Source: Dendrobates tinctorius
Taxonomy: Eukaryota
NCBI RefSeq assembly: GCF_039654945.1
Contig: NW_027361688.1
Location: 2,480,001 to 2,544,000, forward strand
DNA: 64,000 nucleotides
Reading direction: 5' to 3'
Within the stretch, counting starts at the first letter, position 1. Each line of letters begins with the position of its first letter. The translations under genes were made by a program, and so were the position numbers. Under the pieces are notes generated by a model. That model worked only from the letters and a program-made list of their open reading frames with translations. It was not told the origin of the DNA and did not search any database. Of this stretch, positions 62,626 to 64,000 are shown in pieces.

Positions 62626-64000
62626 TCTCTGATATTTTTCCAAGCTGTAGGTGAGCAGCAACCTTGAGGCCTTTCAGTGGTTTTCATCACACAACCCTAC
62701 CAAGTGAGCAACATTGCCTACAATCTCCCCATTTTACCTGGATAAGACCTTATTGCGCTTTTTGTCCTTCCAGCTTTCTACTTAACCCCACATTTATACC
62801 TTCACTCAACACCCAGCAAACATATTTTATACAAAATGAATCCACTGCCATTTTGCTTGTCACTTTTCTAGTAGATTCTTGAAGTGATAGAGGTGGAACC
62901 CGAAACACTGAAAATAATTTTGGCAACAATTCTAAGTATAAGAGACTGAATTTACAAACTAAGCAAATGAATTTATCATCTAATTTTCAAATATATGACT
63001 ATTTTAAACAATTTAAAATTATAAAGGTACAACAATCAGGGGCAAAAAAATTTGTGTTACAAATCATAAAACTAAAAATGACCAACAACTAGATGACATG
63101 AGCGCTTGTTAATTGGGCCTGGAGGGCAGAGATTGAGCGGACGTCATTTATACATTTGGACATTTGAGCTTTCTCATTCCCTCCTGAACTCAAACTTTCA
63201 AACTGAATTATTCAGTGATTCTGAAATGATTTTTCAATGTAATTTCACCAATTTCATCAAATCTAAGAGATCTAAACAATAAAGTACACACTATTGTAAA
63301 GTCCACGAGCAGATCCACTGTAATGGTAGGTGCACACTTTTTTTTCTGGCAGATTCCACCAGGATCCCACCTGAAGAAACGCTGCGAAACTGCAGCAAAA
63401 AATGAACAGAATACACAGCAATGTAAAAATAACATTACTGTGCACATATTCGGTCTTTTGTTACTTCTTTTAACCATTTAATGTTACTGGAACTGTGAAG
63501 TGGTTAAAACTTACTGCCAGCTGACGGAATAGTACCTCAGCTGGCAGTATCCCCCGCTTTGAGGTGGGCTCTGGCGGTGAGCCCACCTCAAAGCTGCGAC
63601 ATGTCAGCTGTTTTTAAAAATAAAAAATATAAAAAACAAAATGTTCAAATCACCGCCCTTTCGCCCCAATCAAAATAAAACAAGAAAAAAAAAATCAAAC
63701 CTACACATATTTGGTATCGCCGCATTCAGAATCGCCCGATCTATCAAAAAAAAAAAAAAGAATTTACCTGATCCCTAAACGGCGGTAGCGATTAAAAAAA
63801 AAAATCAAAAGGCCAGAATTACATTTTTTGGTCGCCACAACATTGCATTAAAATGCAATAACGGGCGATCAAAAGAACGTATCTTCACAAAAGAGGTATC
63901 ATTAAAAACGTCAGCTCGGCACGGAAATAAGCCGTCACCCGACCCCAGATCACGAAAAATGGAGACGCTACGGGTCTCGGAAAATTGCACAGTTTTTTTT

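Overview
Vertebrate genomic DNA, most likely an anuran (frog) judging from the TRIM gene type and repeat families (inference). The backbone is a head-to-tail cluster of five minus-strand, single-coding-exon TRIM genes (RING, two B-boxes, coiled coil, acidic 30-bp repeat, B30.2/PRY-SPRY; TRIM39/TRIM25/finTRIM-like). Two copies are intact (B, 11914-13965; D, 43531-45132) and three are disrupted (A, 1-1538; C, ~36850-37853; E, 55068-56826). The copies differ in acidic repeat number (1-7), linker type (short or long) and SPRY surface loops, and copy B carries an in-frame 108-bp duplication inside SPRY. The spacers are packed with transposons: four different full-length Tc1/mariner elements in 7.4 kb (two with intact DD34E transposases, one decayed DD35E-type), nested hAT non-autonomous elements with 8-bp TSDs, many TWA-flanked palindromic MITEs, a 5.4-kb TTAA-flanked piggyBac-like element carrying telomere-like repeats, a Helitron, two solo LTRs, a CR1 fragment, a V-SINE, Penelope-like remnants with hammerhead ribozyme motifs, and several minisatellites. 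No prokaryotic features, rRNA, tRNA or CRISPR arrays were seen. Coordinates were read by eye and may be off by a few bases.
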